Shown: in pieces, positions 37,201 to 50,369 of the stretch
Layout: every line of letters starts with the position of its first letter
How positions within the stretch are numbered: position 1 is the stretch's first letter
Program-made: the position numbers and the translations under genes
The notes under the pieces: model-generated
Database searches by the model: none
What the model saw: the letters and a program-made list of their open reading frames with translations, nothing else
What the model was told of the DNA's origin: nothing
DNA from: Chrysomallon squamiferum
Taxonomy: Eukaryota; Animalia; Mollusca
Direction of reading: 5' to 3'
NCBI GenBank assembly: GCA_012295275.1
Contig: CM022665.1
Span: forward strand, 34,720,001-34,784,000
DNA: 64,000 bases

Positions 37201-40200
37201 ATAGAATGTTTTCCTCCTGAAATGGAGTCCTCGTTATCATCACTGTTTTTGATATCCAGTCTCAGTTCAGAAATCTGACCTTTGGAATTGTTTCCCCCTG
37301 CTTCACACAAATGATCCCTGTTGGTATTCTGCAAATATTCTCTGTTTTCATTGCTAACATTTTTGCAAGGACCATTAACATTGGGATGTGAATGCTCACT
37401 GACATGTAAAACAACAGAATCATCAAGATCATCATCATGTTGAAAACTTTCTGCCAGAGAGGCTGCAAGCTTCAATTCTTCAACATTTTCAATCTCTGAC
37501 TCTCTGTAGCTGTCGAACCCATATGCCAAACTTGAATCAGCTCTTGTAACATCCTCATTGTTTCTGAACAGACTCCCAGGATGTTCACAGTACTCTCTGA
37601 TATCCTCAATGTTCCCATTCACCAAAATTCCCGGCGAGTCTCTTGGTGATGGTGTCACAGAATGAGATGACTGGGATCCTGGAAACATATCATGAGAGTT
37701 GCTAAAACCATCTGAATATTTTCTGTTCAATAACTGATTGTGCAGAGACTTGTTCCTAGTATCGTTGAAAAGAAGACCTCCCATTGCTGACTGTGGTCTT
37801 CTGAAAATGTGGTTCTGAGCAGGCCTTAGTGCTGGGATGTCATATGTTGGCATAAAATCCACAGCAGAAGCTGGACGGTTGATGAGAGATGCAGCACTGT
37901 ATGATATTCCATATCCTGGAGGTAAATTGGCATGACCAGAAGGTCTAAAGTTTTGATGGCTGGCTACTACACTTCTATCCTGTCTCTTCTTGATCCGGTA
38001 TTTTCTATGGTTGCTAGGTTTATCAACTATGATGGGTGGACCTCTGTGTGCTGTGTAAATCTGGTTCTGACATTCCAGTGGTGCTGTGAATCTGCCATAA
38101 GCCAAGTCAGGCTGACTTAATGAAGCAATCCGGGAATCCTGATACTCCTGTCTCTCAGAGATTGAGCTTTCAATCCACTGTGGCAAATAGTTCCTGAAAT
38201 AAAACAGAGAATAGTTTTCATGTCCATTATTTCATGGAATGGATGAATTGAAAAAGACCTGTAAAATTATTTGATTCTTCAGTCTCATTATAAATAAATG
38301 TTTTCATTTCATATACAAATAAATTAAAAATATTCTTCTGTTTTAATTCATGAAATATATAATTTATTAGCAATAAGAATGAAACCTTTTCTCCCTGTTT
38401 CAATATTTTTTCTTGAGTGACATTCTAAGAAATAATTTTTAAAAAAACGTAAATTTTGAAATTAACAGCAGTTTACTTCTTAACAGTTCTTGTAAGCTCA
38501 AAATAATTCTAAGTTGTTATAATATTAACATTAATGTGGATCATTTATTTTCCCCTGGAATTTTTTGTCTACGGTCAAATTCTTATTCATCAGTAATAAT
38601 TAACATCAGACACTAAAGTTTTATGAAAGTCCACTCACTCTCTGCTGTCAGGGAAAACTCTCTTCAACTCAGGGTTGTTTTCTTCATGAAGGATACTTTC
38701 TCTAGCACTGCATGGCAAGATCACTGCATCACAACTACTACCACTGGGACTTGATCGGAAAGACAGTGCACCATTTCTAAAACATTTTGTCAGGAATTAA
38801 ATAAATGTTATCATTTTTGCATGAGTTAAATAATAAAACAGGATTTATTATTGTCTTTAAAATATTTAACTGTAATAAATATGATTACTTCTTAAATTCA
38901 GTGAAAATGATATTAAGAGTATCAAATAAAAATAAATTATGCAAAATATTAAAAAACAAATCCCATATATAATATGTATTTAAAAATAAAAATAAAAATG
39001 AAACCAAGTTTAAAAAACTTAAAAAAAAATAAAATAAAATAAATAATATTCATACATATCTATTCTATACAATATAAAAAATAATGTAACATAATACGAC
39101 ACAATATGTAAAAAAATGAATGGAAAACTGGTTTGTCTTTGTAAGACTACCTGTTATCTTTGTCAGTACAAAGTGTCTGTTTGATCTGCTCACTAAATTT
39201 ATCAACAAAACTCTGAAGTGTGCACAGGGAGGACTGGAGGATGTAGTGATCAGGGTGCACTGTGGGCGTGTGTTTCAGCAGTTGCTGGGAGACGAGTGAA
39301 AATAACAGAGGATTAAAACAACGTCTTTATCCAGTGTGTTATGTACCTCAGAATTTTAATCAATATTTATATGGCATTAAAAAGTAGTTATTAAATATTT
39401 CTTTTATATTATATAAATATATTATTAGTACACTATAATATTGACTAGTAACTATACATGTATGTGTTTACAACAGAATCAAATACAATTTTTCAGTTTT
39501 GTTATAGAAAATGTTTAAACTTATTTATTTAAATATTTTTTCTTTTTTATCATAGAATTTCACACATATGCTAATTCTGGCAAGGTTTTAAGCAGAAACC
39601 TTTGTTTTTATGGTGATAGCAGTGTGCACTGGATAAAAGATTAGAATGTAATTGGTAGACTGAATCAAGTCAAAAGAAGACATTTTTACCTGTAAAAGGA
39701 GTGAGTATCTTGGAATTCTTCGAATTGGAGCTGTGAGCAGCGAGACAATTCCTTCTGAATTTGCCTCTTCCTAAATAAAATACAAAATGTAATTAATAAT
39801 CAATAACAAAAATGTTTTAGTTTATATAATTATAAAATAGTGCTGGTAGTTCAGTGAAACAGATTTTGAAAACAGAACATCCAATACAATAAAATATATT
39901 TATGATAAAACTTAAACAGCAAAGTATACTATTTTATTTTGATATAGCTTTAGGTCTGTTAATAGTTATAACATTTAAAGCCAGTAAGAATTTGTGCATA
40001 ATTTATGAAAAAGTTTCTATTATATTTCTCTGTGTGTGTATGTCCTTGTGTGTGTGTTCTTGTGTGTGTGTGCATGTGTGTGTGTTTGTTTGGATTTAAT
40101 GTCATGTATCAGTCAAAGTGTCTAAGTTAAAGTACTACTGTATGTTTTGTACTGTCTAGGTAATGCTGTGGACAGTGGTATAGAAGATGGTGTCACAGCA

Positions 40201-43200
40201 TCAGCATGTAAATGTCTCAGTATGCTTCAGATGGAAAATGCCATCTGCCTGATTTACCTGAATGTCAATGTGCCAGCTTGAATTATATTTTATTTTATTT
40301 TATTTTATTTTATTTTGTTGTTATTAAACTCAACTGTATTTGAATTACACCCTATTTGGGTAGTATTATTTGCAGGTATAGCAAAAAAAAAAAAAAAAAA
40401 AGCATCAGGTACAATTATTTCTATTTATTAAAAGCACAGTATATTACTTTAATAAATATTCTGAATTTTCTTGACTGTGAAAGCTGTCTCTTCAAGCAGC
40501 TAATAATGCCTGGAAAGTCAGCCAGATAGTTTTTGTACAAGTTCATCAAACTGTCCTGAAATGTTAAAAAGATTAAATGTTATACAGAAACAGTCATTTT
40601 AAAAACAATGCTATAATACAGAATTTCAATTTTTTAATTTATGTGTATGATCCTAACATGTTTTTACATGTAAATCTGTCTCTCTGTTAAAACAACTCAT
40701 GAAGTAACACATTTTCATATCTTCATCATTAACACACACACACACACACACAAATATATATACAGGTAAAAATTTAAAATGAAAAGAACATACTTTCTGT
40801 GTGTCCGTGACTCTTGTAAGCACATCTCCAACAATTCCACTCCAGTTCCAGTGAAGGAGGCGCTCCTGTAGGAGGTGCAGGATCTGACAGTGCTGATCAT
40901 ACATCTGCTGTAGGTAAGGAGGCAGCAAGAGACTAAGTTCACGAGAACTAATCACATGACCATCCTGTAATGGCCCAAGGTAGCCATCCAGAAGTGACCA
41001 CAGTTTTCCAACATACTCTTTTTCTGAGTCAATGATGGCCTGAACTGCCTCTTGTCTCTCTGCTGAAAACAAATTAAATATCTCATTTATTAAAGTTTTT
41101 GTGTAATGATATAGTTTAATTTCAATATGTATACACACTTCTAAATTATTATTTTGTTTCTAAGAAATGGTTCCACAGACACATTACGGCTACATGCAAA
41201 ATGTGCAAAACAATCAACAAGATTACAAGCATGAAGACTTGACTTTATCAATGCTGTGTGACATCATGCAGTATGGCAATATGTAAGAAATTACAGCTGA
41301 ATTATGTTTTTATTTATTTTTGTTTTATATATAGTTGAATCTTAGTCTTTCAGATATTTCAGTTACATGTCATTGTTTATATATATATATTCAGTATGCT
41401 GTTATGTTGTTAAAATGCCTGTAATGATAAAGTTTATTTACAACAATTAATGACAACTATAAATATATAATCATAATTTATTTTTTTCATTATGTTTAAC
41501 AATCAACAGAAGTAGTTTGTGTGTGTCTAATCTTATAAAAAATATAGTTTTGAAGATTACTTTAAATTTGTTATACATTACCAATAACTAAATATACTGA
41601 GTGAATTGCTTGAGAATGAAAAATATCCTGGTTGCTTGGTTAAAATAAATGGCAAAAACAGATTAGAAAGATTTTATTTTTAAGTTAATTTATTTAAAAT
41701 ATTACTAGCATCAGCTTGTGGTTGATATGAAATGTAAATGAAAATGGAAGTATTTTAACTATTGGAAATAAATTATACTTTGAAAATAATGAAAATATTA
41801 CCAGCATCTGCATGTTGTTGTTCTGTCTGGTTGCTGTTTGGAGAAGGAAAACTTTGCTGGCTGGAAGACTTGTCATCTTTGTACATTCCACTGTCCAGAC
41901 TCTGATAAAAATAAAAAGCATTTGACAATTAAATATTTTTCAAATTTAAACTAGAAAAAAATAAGATTTAAAATAATCTGTTTAAAATACAGACATTTTG
42001 GGTAAAAGAAGATATGTAAATAAAATTACAAATTTTAAAATTTCACTTTAAAAAAAAAAAGTTCTTTTGCTATTAACATCACTTAAAATAACATTAAACA
42101 AATGAAAAAAAAAAATTAATAGCTAAATCTATTTCTGAAACAAATTATCAACATTTCTTCTATTTAATTTTTAAAGTAAGTTCATTATCATTGACAGATT
42201 TGTAATAAAACTACAAATCCATTACAATGACAATACATTTTTATGAAAAAGAAAGACTGACCTGAGACCATTGCTGAAATGCATCTTCATCAATGGAGTC
42301 AGGTAAATCAGGTAGACGACATTTTTCTTCTAAAGCCTGAAGCAGACTAAGACATTTACATGCTGATGCTGTGACACCATCTTCTATACCACTGTCCACA
42401 GCATTACCTAGACAGTACAAAACATACAGTAGTACTTTAACTTAGACACTTTGACTGATACATGACATTAAATCCAAACAAACACACACACATGCAGAAA
42501 AAGAATAAAACTTTTTCATAAATAATGCACAAATTCTTACTGGCTTTAAATGTTATAACTATTAACAGACATAAAAGATGCTAAAATAATTTAGTATTAT
42601 AATACAGTCCTGAAAAATTCAATTAAAATTTGTACCTATAGTGACCTAATTAGTAGTCTCACAATATACTGAGATATAACAGCATCTGTGTTATATGATA
42701 TAGTTTATAATAGTAATGTGTTTTCATGATGGCAGTAACCACCTCTGTAGTGAAGAGTTTTAAAAAACAGAAAAGAAAAGAAGAAATATATATCTTGACA
42801 TACCTGCATGTTCTCTATGTCTCATTTGTTCTGTGCTGTGGTTAAGAAAACTGTCAGAATCATGACCTGGCCAGGTGCTGGATGTTTCTGACAGTTTATT
42901 GTCAGAAAGTTTATGTCTGCAAAAGAAGAATTAACAAATACAATACATATCACAAAGCTGAAGTCTGTAACAAAAACAGAATTATTATAAAAGGAGTATA
43001 GAAGTCATGTAAGAAAGGAATATGTAAAAAATTATTCTGTGACTGGAAATATTCTGTTAGAAATAATATAATTCTGTAAATCATGAAATTAACATGAAAC
43101 TTAATTTATACTAGTTGTTAATGTCAGATGAAAATGCAACATTAATTTAATGCATGTGCCCTTCCTTTGAGATTTGTACTTTTCAATAAAACTATTTTGT

Positions 43201-46200
43201 TTCACAATTAACTGACCTACATATGTGTGTTCTGAAACAGATGTGTATTCATGTAAATGTATTCTGTATTAATCATTAAATATTATAATAAGTTAAACTG
43301 TCCTTGAAAGTTAACAAGTTTCTAAATATAAAACCTCATCACTAAATACCCCTTCTTAACCAAACTTTATACCTGGTCACAATACTATATGATTTTGAAG
43401 TTTCAATGTATGTTATTAATGTGTATAATACGGGATTGCAATTAATACATTAATATCATGATTACATTAATTTCATGTTTTACAGTATTTGAATAAGAGT
43501 TACTCTCACTCACTTCACTCTCTCTGAAATGGCTCCACTTCTAAAGAGTTCTTCCACTAACAGGTTTCTTTCTGCCTGTAGAATGTTCACTTTCTGTTGC
43601 AGATGTTCCTGTGTTTGGAGAGATGCTGTCAACTGACTGGACAAATTACTAACCTCAGACTGAAAAACAAACTTCTCTTATTTTTATCATTGTTGTGTTT
43701 CATGATTTTTTAAATGTGATAACAAGTCAAACTGTGTGTTGCATCTGTATCATGATTAGATTTAAATTAGTTTAACTATTTTACACACACACACATGTGC
43801 ATGCATGCATATGTTTGTGTAAATTATCAGTATTAAAATCATTTATTGAAATCTGCCATCAAAAAAAATAATAATAAAAAATAAGAATATATATAATAGT
43901 AATAGTAATAATAATAATTATTATAATTATAATAAATAAATAAAATCAATTAATTAATAATAATATAAAATAAAATATAACTGATAAATAAACAAAATGA
44001 TGTTTAGTAAAGAAGACTACCACTGTCAGATAAAAATAGGAAACAAAACATGCAATCCTCTGATCATGAAAGAATAATTCATGACCCAAAATTAGTGAAA
44101 CCAACCATCCACATATCCATCCAAAATAAAAACAAAAGAATAAGTACTTTTATCCTTTTATCCATCTTTTCAATTTGCTTGTGTAAGTTCTGGCAAAATA
44201 ACAAATAAAAAATTAATGATGCAGAAAGTTTATGCACAAGTGAAATATTTTTACTTTCAGTGACTTTATGTCTGACATGTTTTTTGTGCTGGTCTCTTCA
44301 TCTGTCACTTGTCTGTGTCTGACATCTTCCTGATCTGTCTGAAAAGCACACATTTTGTACATGATAGCAAACTGCAGAAAGTAAAATGCAGCATACTGAC
44401 TGATATATATATCCTGCAATAACTGTATGTAGCTGAAAATATGATGACTAGATACATTTTGGAGACCAAACTGTATTTATGTCAATAATTTATTTGTTAT
44501 TTACATACATATATTCAATGAGTTCAGAAATTAACCTGCTAATTTCATTTAATGCTTTTTCATTTTTTCATTTTTTAAAATTATTATTTAGGATTGCAGG
44601 ATTTAAGAAATAACTGGTTACTGTTAAGATTAAGATTTCAGCTTTAAACTGATATAATCAAATAACCTGATGTTGCTCAGCATATACTCACTGCAAATCA
44701 GCAGTCTTACCTTAGCAGAACAAAGACAATATCTTAAGAAAGTATCCAGTTACATACAAAAAAACAAAAAAATTGAAATACAGTATGTGCATGTGTGCTT
44801 GCCTGCATGCATGCGTGTGTGTGTGTTGATTTTGTTTTTACATATAAATATATATTTATAATTCTCTAACAGTACTTTTGTGAGTGTACCACAGTCATAT
44901 CACATACATACTCAGTAAGAAAAAAGTAAAAAAAATAAATGAAGCCAAACTGTCTTTTAAATGTTGCACAGGTGTAGATGGAATCTATCTTCACAAAGAA
45001 ATTGTTAATTCGAATCTGCATAAGTAACTATATATTAAATACTGTATATTAGAACATTATGTAACAAATTCTGGAGCTACCATACACTCTGATCTTGTCC
45101 TACTAATGATTATCAATTAATCAATTCCTAATCACAAAGATAAATATTTGGTAAGAGGCCAGGAATAGTAACAGGCATCTTGAATTAGCTTTATTAAAAC
45201 CTGTAATTTTTCACATATCTATAGCAAGATAGATCTATTTTTTTGAATACTAAAAAATGGTACTTAACATACCAAGCAACCCATAAATTTCTCCAGTAAA
45301 ATATTTTTAAAAGATTAATAATAATAATAATAAAATTATATATATACTAGATGCCCCATATATTACATGGAATAATTCAACTTTATTTGCCTAATTAATT
45401 AAAAAATTTAAAATAATCATCACCTATACCTATTACAGAAGCTTGGATTACATTACATCATACAATGAACAATAAAACTTTGTATATAATGAAACATTTA
45501 TTGATATCATAAACACACTAATATTTTTTTAAGTTAACAGTCACACATTTACCTTCACAATTTCCAGAGTGTTTGCAATGTCAGTCAGTTCCTGTTTCAC
45601 AGCAGTGTCATCATCCTGCATAGCAGACAAAGCTTCCATAACATCTACAAAGCCCTGCTTCAACTCATGAACCATCTTCTCTATCTGTTTAACAAAATAA
45701 AATAAAATGAAAAAAAGAAGAAGCAAGTTTTCCAAATCTATCATGAGGCAGACAGTGTACTTTTGGCACTGTTTAACTGGACTGTTGTTTATCTATAAAT
45801 AAAGCCACTTTGCATTTCTGAACCAGCTTGAAAGAAACAAGAACAAGCTGCCAGTGACAATAGAGATATTTATTCTGGTGTTAAAGATTATTCTACTAGC
45901 AAAATGAATTTGGTTAATGTTTAGCATACTTCCTTCAGAAAACTGTCCAAGACAAGCTACTAGCAAAACAACTTTCAGCAAGGTTCATTCAGAGAACCAG
46001 TCAGGATGATCTATTAGTAAAATGACTTGGGTTCAGCATAGCTACTTCAAAAAAATATATAAATTGGTAAATTGAGGAAATGTTCGTCATGCTTCCTTCA
46101 AAAACTAGCCAAGACAGACTACTAGTAAAATGGGTATGGGTAACGTTAAGCTTGTTTCTATCAAAATACTGTCCCAGATAGATTATGAAGTATCCAACTG

Positions 46201-49200
46201 GTTGGCATATCATCAACTGATATTTACCTAGATGTTATCTGAGGCAGATGCTTGTTAAAATGGTATTTGGTTTTATGTTTCTTCTGACAGATTCCACTAT
46301 CGCTGGTGTTAGCAAGTCTCTTTGTCAAGATTAAAAATCCAGAAATGAAATATCACTATTCATTTTATATTTTCTGTACTGCCAGCATTAATGTAAATTT
46401 TAAAAAGATTGAATTCTTTACAAATTTTAGTTTGTTTATATATTTGAAAAGTGTGTGTGTGTGTGTTTAATATTTGTATATAATTTAAATGGTTTATTTA
46501 TTTTATTAACCAGTTTGAAAAGAAAGAAAAAAATTGGGAGTATTCATTAATTAATATCTATACATTTTTGTAAGCTCATAATGTAGAAAAATGTATAATT
46601 ATCGTAACTGCCATTTTCAGAACTACATACCTGTCAATTAACAATAACCATGGACTGTTACATAAATTTATGGCACAGGTATCAGAAAAGGAAATTGCTT
46701 AAACAAGATTTCACAAGTGCATAAAAAAAAGTATACCCTCTAAAATACAGAAAAGTGCTCTGCCATTGATCTTTTTTTTTTTATGGATAAAACATGAAAA
46801 AATAAGTATAAAGTGGGAATATACCTAAAGGTTCTCTTCAATTTTAAACAAAGAATTCATTTGGCAAATATCTAAACATTCTGAAGAAGCACAGTCAAAC
46901 AACATTAACAGAAAACAAAAGGAAAATAATTCCACTTCACAATCTCTTAAAAAAAAGAACCTAGTGTGAATCCAGACAAAAGAAAAATGAAGATAACAAA
47001 AGGAATGGAAATATTTATTTATATCTATGTCTTGGAAAGTGGCCAGAAAGTGTGATGTATTCAACAGATGAATTGTAGGATCTTGACAAAAAGGTTGTGG
47101 CAGATAAAAAGATGTATTTAACAAAAGATTACAAGATGCATAACAGTAACTGTCCCCCATGATAAGAGTTAATCAGAACAAACATTTGGCTCAATGATTA
47201 TCTAAACCTCGTTGTCACTTAATATATTGTGATAACAAAAATATATTGTAGATGCTTTGTAAAGGAATCTTGGTTATCATATTCTGGTACAATAATGAAT
47301 ATTATTACATTTCAAAGAGTAAGATATTTTGTGAAAGGATGGTGTCATTACAAAGACTAAAAAGCCAAACCAGTATTGTATTTATAAAAGCATAAATACA
47401 CATACATAATTACAGAAATAGGCTTATCAGAATATTCTTGACAAATGTCTGAAATTAGATTTTGTATATTATAAAGACCTGATGGCTTGAGTGAATTCAG
47501 ATCTTAAGAGTTATGGTCCAGTAGTGAAGTCATTAAACCAGAAATAATTCAGAAGACAAATCTGGCTAAGGTATTTTTTTTATAATTCACTAATGCTATA
47601 TGTCCAGAAATTTTCATTCAAAGTATGTTGTTTGCGTTTAATGATTTACACATATGTTAATCTCTTGAAACAGATGACTTCTAAGATTATGAAACAATTC
47701 ACACTCAAAAAAGATAACTGATCTATTGTATAGATGGTATGACAGAGGTAGTATGCCTAAACCTCTCCTGCAAGATTAGACTGTTTTAACATTTGTAGAA
47801 ATAGACCGGTATACACACACACAAACACACACACAAATTAACTTGATTGCATATCAAAAGGGTTTCTTTTCTTTAAAAGGAAAAATAAAAAAAGTATTTA
47901 TTTTTCCATTAAACTGAAAACTCACTGTCCAGTGCACTGAACTTAACACCCATTAAATTCACCTGTTTGTTTTTAAACTGTTTTATACTAAACTATAGAT
48001 TAGTGCATTCTGTATAGGTCTCCAACAAACCAAACTAGGATAGCACACATGGAGCTAATCAGTCAGGTATCTTGGCCTGTCAAAGGAGTGACAGATCCGA
48101 TTTCTTTAAATAACATGTGACAGGTATAATACAAAGAATATCCAATGGTACTCCATAAAAGTAATATTAGAAAAATCATATCTGGTCAGTGACAAAAATG
48201 TTTTGATTGTTTTGTTTTTGCACAGTCATCAATAATTTTTAGCTTATAGTCAAGGCATTACATTTTTTTGTTTTTTTGTGACATATCCTTAATATTAGAT
48301 TTACACATTTTTTAATTTAACTTTTCTGTACACAGTAAAAAATGTCTGATTCTGGCCAACAGCCAAAACAATCTTAAAGCAATGTAGACTGAAAAAAAAA
48401 AGGCGATTATCTAAGTAAATGAAATTATTATTAATTATAATAATGAAATGAACATAATTACTTTTTTTTTTTTTTTTTTTTAAATATTGAAGATTTATGA
48501 TTTAAATACAAATAGTTTAGTTTGTTTGTTTGATAAATCCCCTCAGAACAAATGCCAACTACGACATTAATATTTAATAATCTCTCTTTCTGTGTGTGTG
48601 TGTCTATTTGAAGAAAGTGTTAATGTGTTTATACAAGTACAATTTGGGGTTTTGTGTCTATGACTATGATACATAAAAGTAAACATAAATCTACACACAC
48701 ATATTCACACACATATACATACACACTGAAATAACCTAGTACACCTAACACAACAGACCAGATCCATTTTACTTATAACACACATACATAAAAAAAAATG
48801 GAGAAAAAACACACACACAAAGTGAAATAACCTAGTACACCTAACACAACAGACCATATCCATTTTACGTGAGTCAATGGGAATTTTATCACCGAGTTTA
48901 TAACTCTAAACATATTATTTAGTTTAATACATTCCAGGCATTCAAATCTGTCTTACTTGCCTGCTGCTCTCAACAGTCCAAGAAGAAAAACTCAGCAGGG
49001 TTCATTTACACCTGTAGAAACCAAACAGAATCTCATCTCAGGAGTATTTAGATACCATTCATCTGCCTGCAAGTTTAAACTGTCTTATGTGCCATCATTT
49101 GGCATTAATCTAACAGATATACCTATTTCTTTCCACTGGTTCTTGAATTATTATTATTTTTTTATATTAACACCAGTTTTCAGTTCCCGTGTCATATTTA

Positions 49201-50332
49201 TAACCATATTGTTAGTGCATTATAAAAGGATTCTAAGTAATATTTCAAGATTTTTAAAACATGTTTTCAAATTAAAATAATCTGGCTAAACACATATTCC
49301 ATTGAAAAGTTGGGTTTATTCAACACCTAAAGAAATATAAAGAATCTGATGAAACTGATCTAGTTTTGGCAAGATGGTCTCCAATTATTACCTTTAGCTG
49401 TTTATCATTTCAGACACAACTTCACAACTGGTATATCATAGCATGCCATGTGTTTTCTCTTTTTTGGAAGCTACAAACATGCAGTATTTTTAAATGGTGG
49501 AAGCCATATATTTCCTCTTTCATGTAACATTATTAAACCACCATTAGTTAATGATATTACATTTGTACATGATATTACTGCTAAATCATCATTAATTCAT
49601 TCTCATTAACAAATCTGGAAAATGTTCTGCCCCATCAAATACCAGTCAGCCAGTCTGAAAGTGTGTATTTAATGAAAGAGATTGCAAAGCTAAATACAAG
49701 TATAATGAAACTAACACCATATTGAAAAAATAAATTAAAAATAGTTGTTTTTTTCATTACAGTCCTACCGAGGATATTTCATCATTAATGTTATTTTCAT
49801 TTAAATCAAAACTTAAATTTCAGGTCTATGTAACATCTTGTCACAGCATAATATTCAGTGTGAACAAAAAACTGTGTAGTCGTGTAATCTACTATTTGAA
49901 ATGACCTTTTAATGGAGATAAAGTACAGTACATAGGTCATGGATATACAAAACTAGTTATCTATTTGAAGAGAGTGTTAATGTGTTAAAAAATTAAAGAA
50001 ACAAGATGGTGTAATTGTTTTACAAATCCTCAATTAGATGTAGACAAGGGTCATATCAAACAAAACAGTATTTAAGTTCTAAGAAACACATTATTTGCAT
50101 ACACAAAATTTCAGAATTGTTATGGCATCTCTCAATTTGACATTTGGCAGTATCTGAGAAAACCAGTCTTAAACCAGATCTACAATAAAGAGGCATGTTT
50201 TTTAAATGATTTTGGAAAACTTGATTCAAATATAAACTATTTAATATGTTAATATTGTTAATTGTCATCATTCATGTTACTATATTATCATGTATTTTTA
50301 TATTATTTTTAATGTAAAAGCTTTCACCATTT

Positions 50333-50369
<37 letters not shown>

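Noticed and set aside
41694-41921. 75-aa ORF in the track overlapping a RhoGEF exon
   Set aside because: Wrong frame; the phase-compatible frame reads SLDSGMYKDDKSSSQQSF.
47926-47953. Minus-strand MGVKFSALD mini-exon with gtgag donor (myristoylation-like start)
   Set aside because: Ends in phase 1, incompatible with the next RhoGEF exon (phase 0); no other support.
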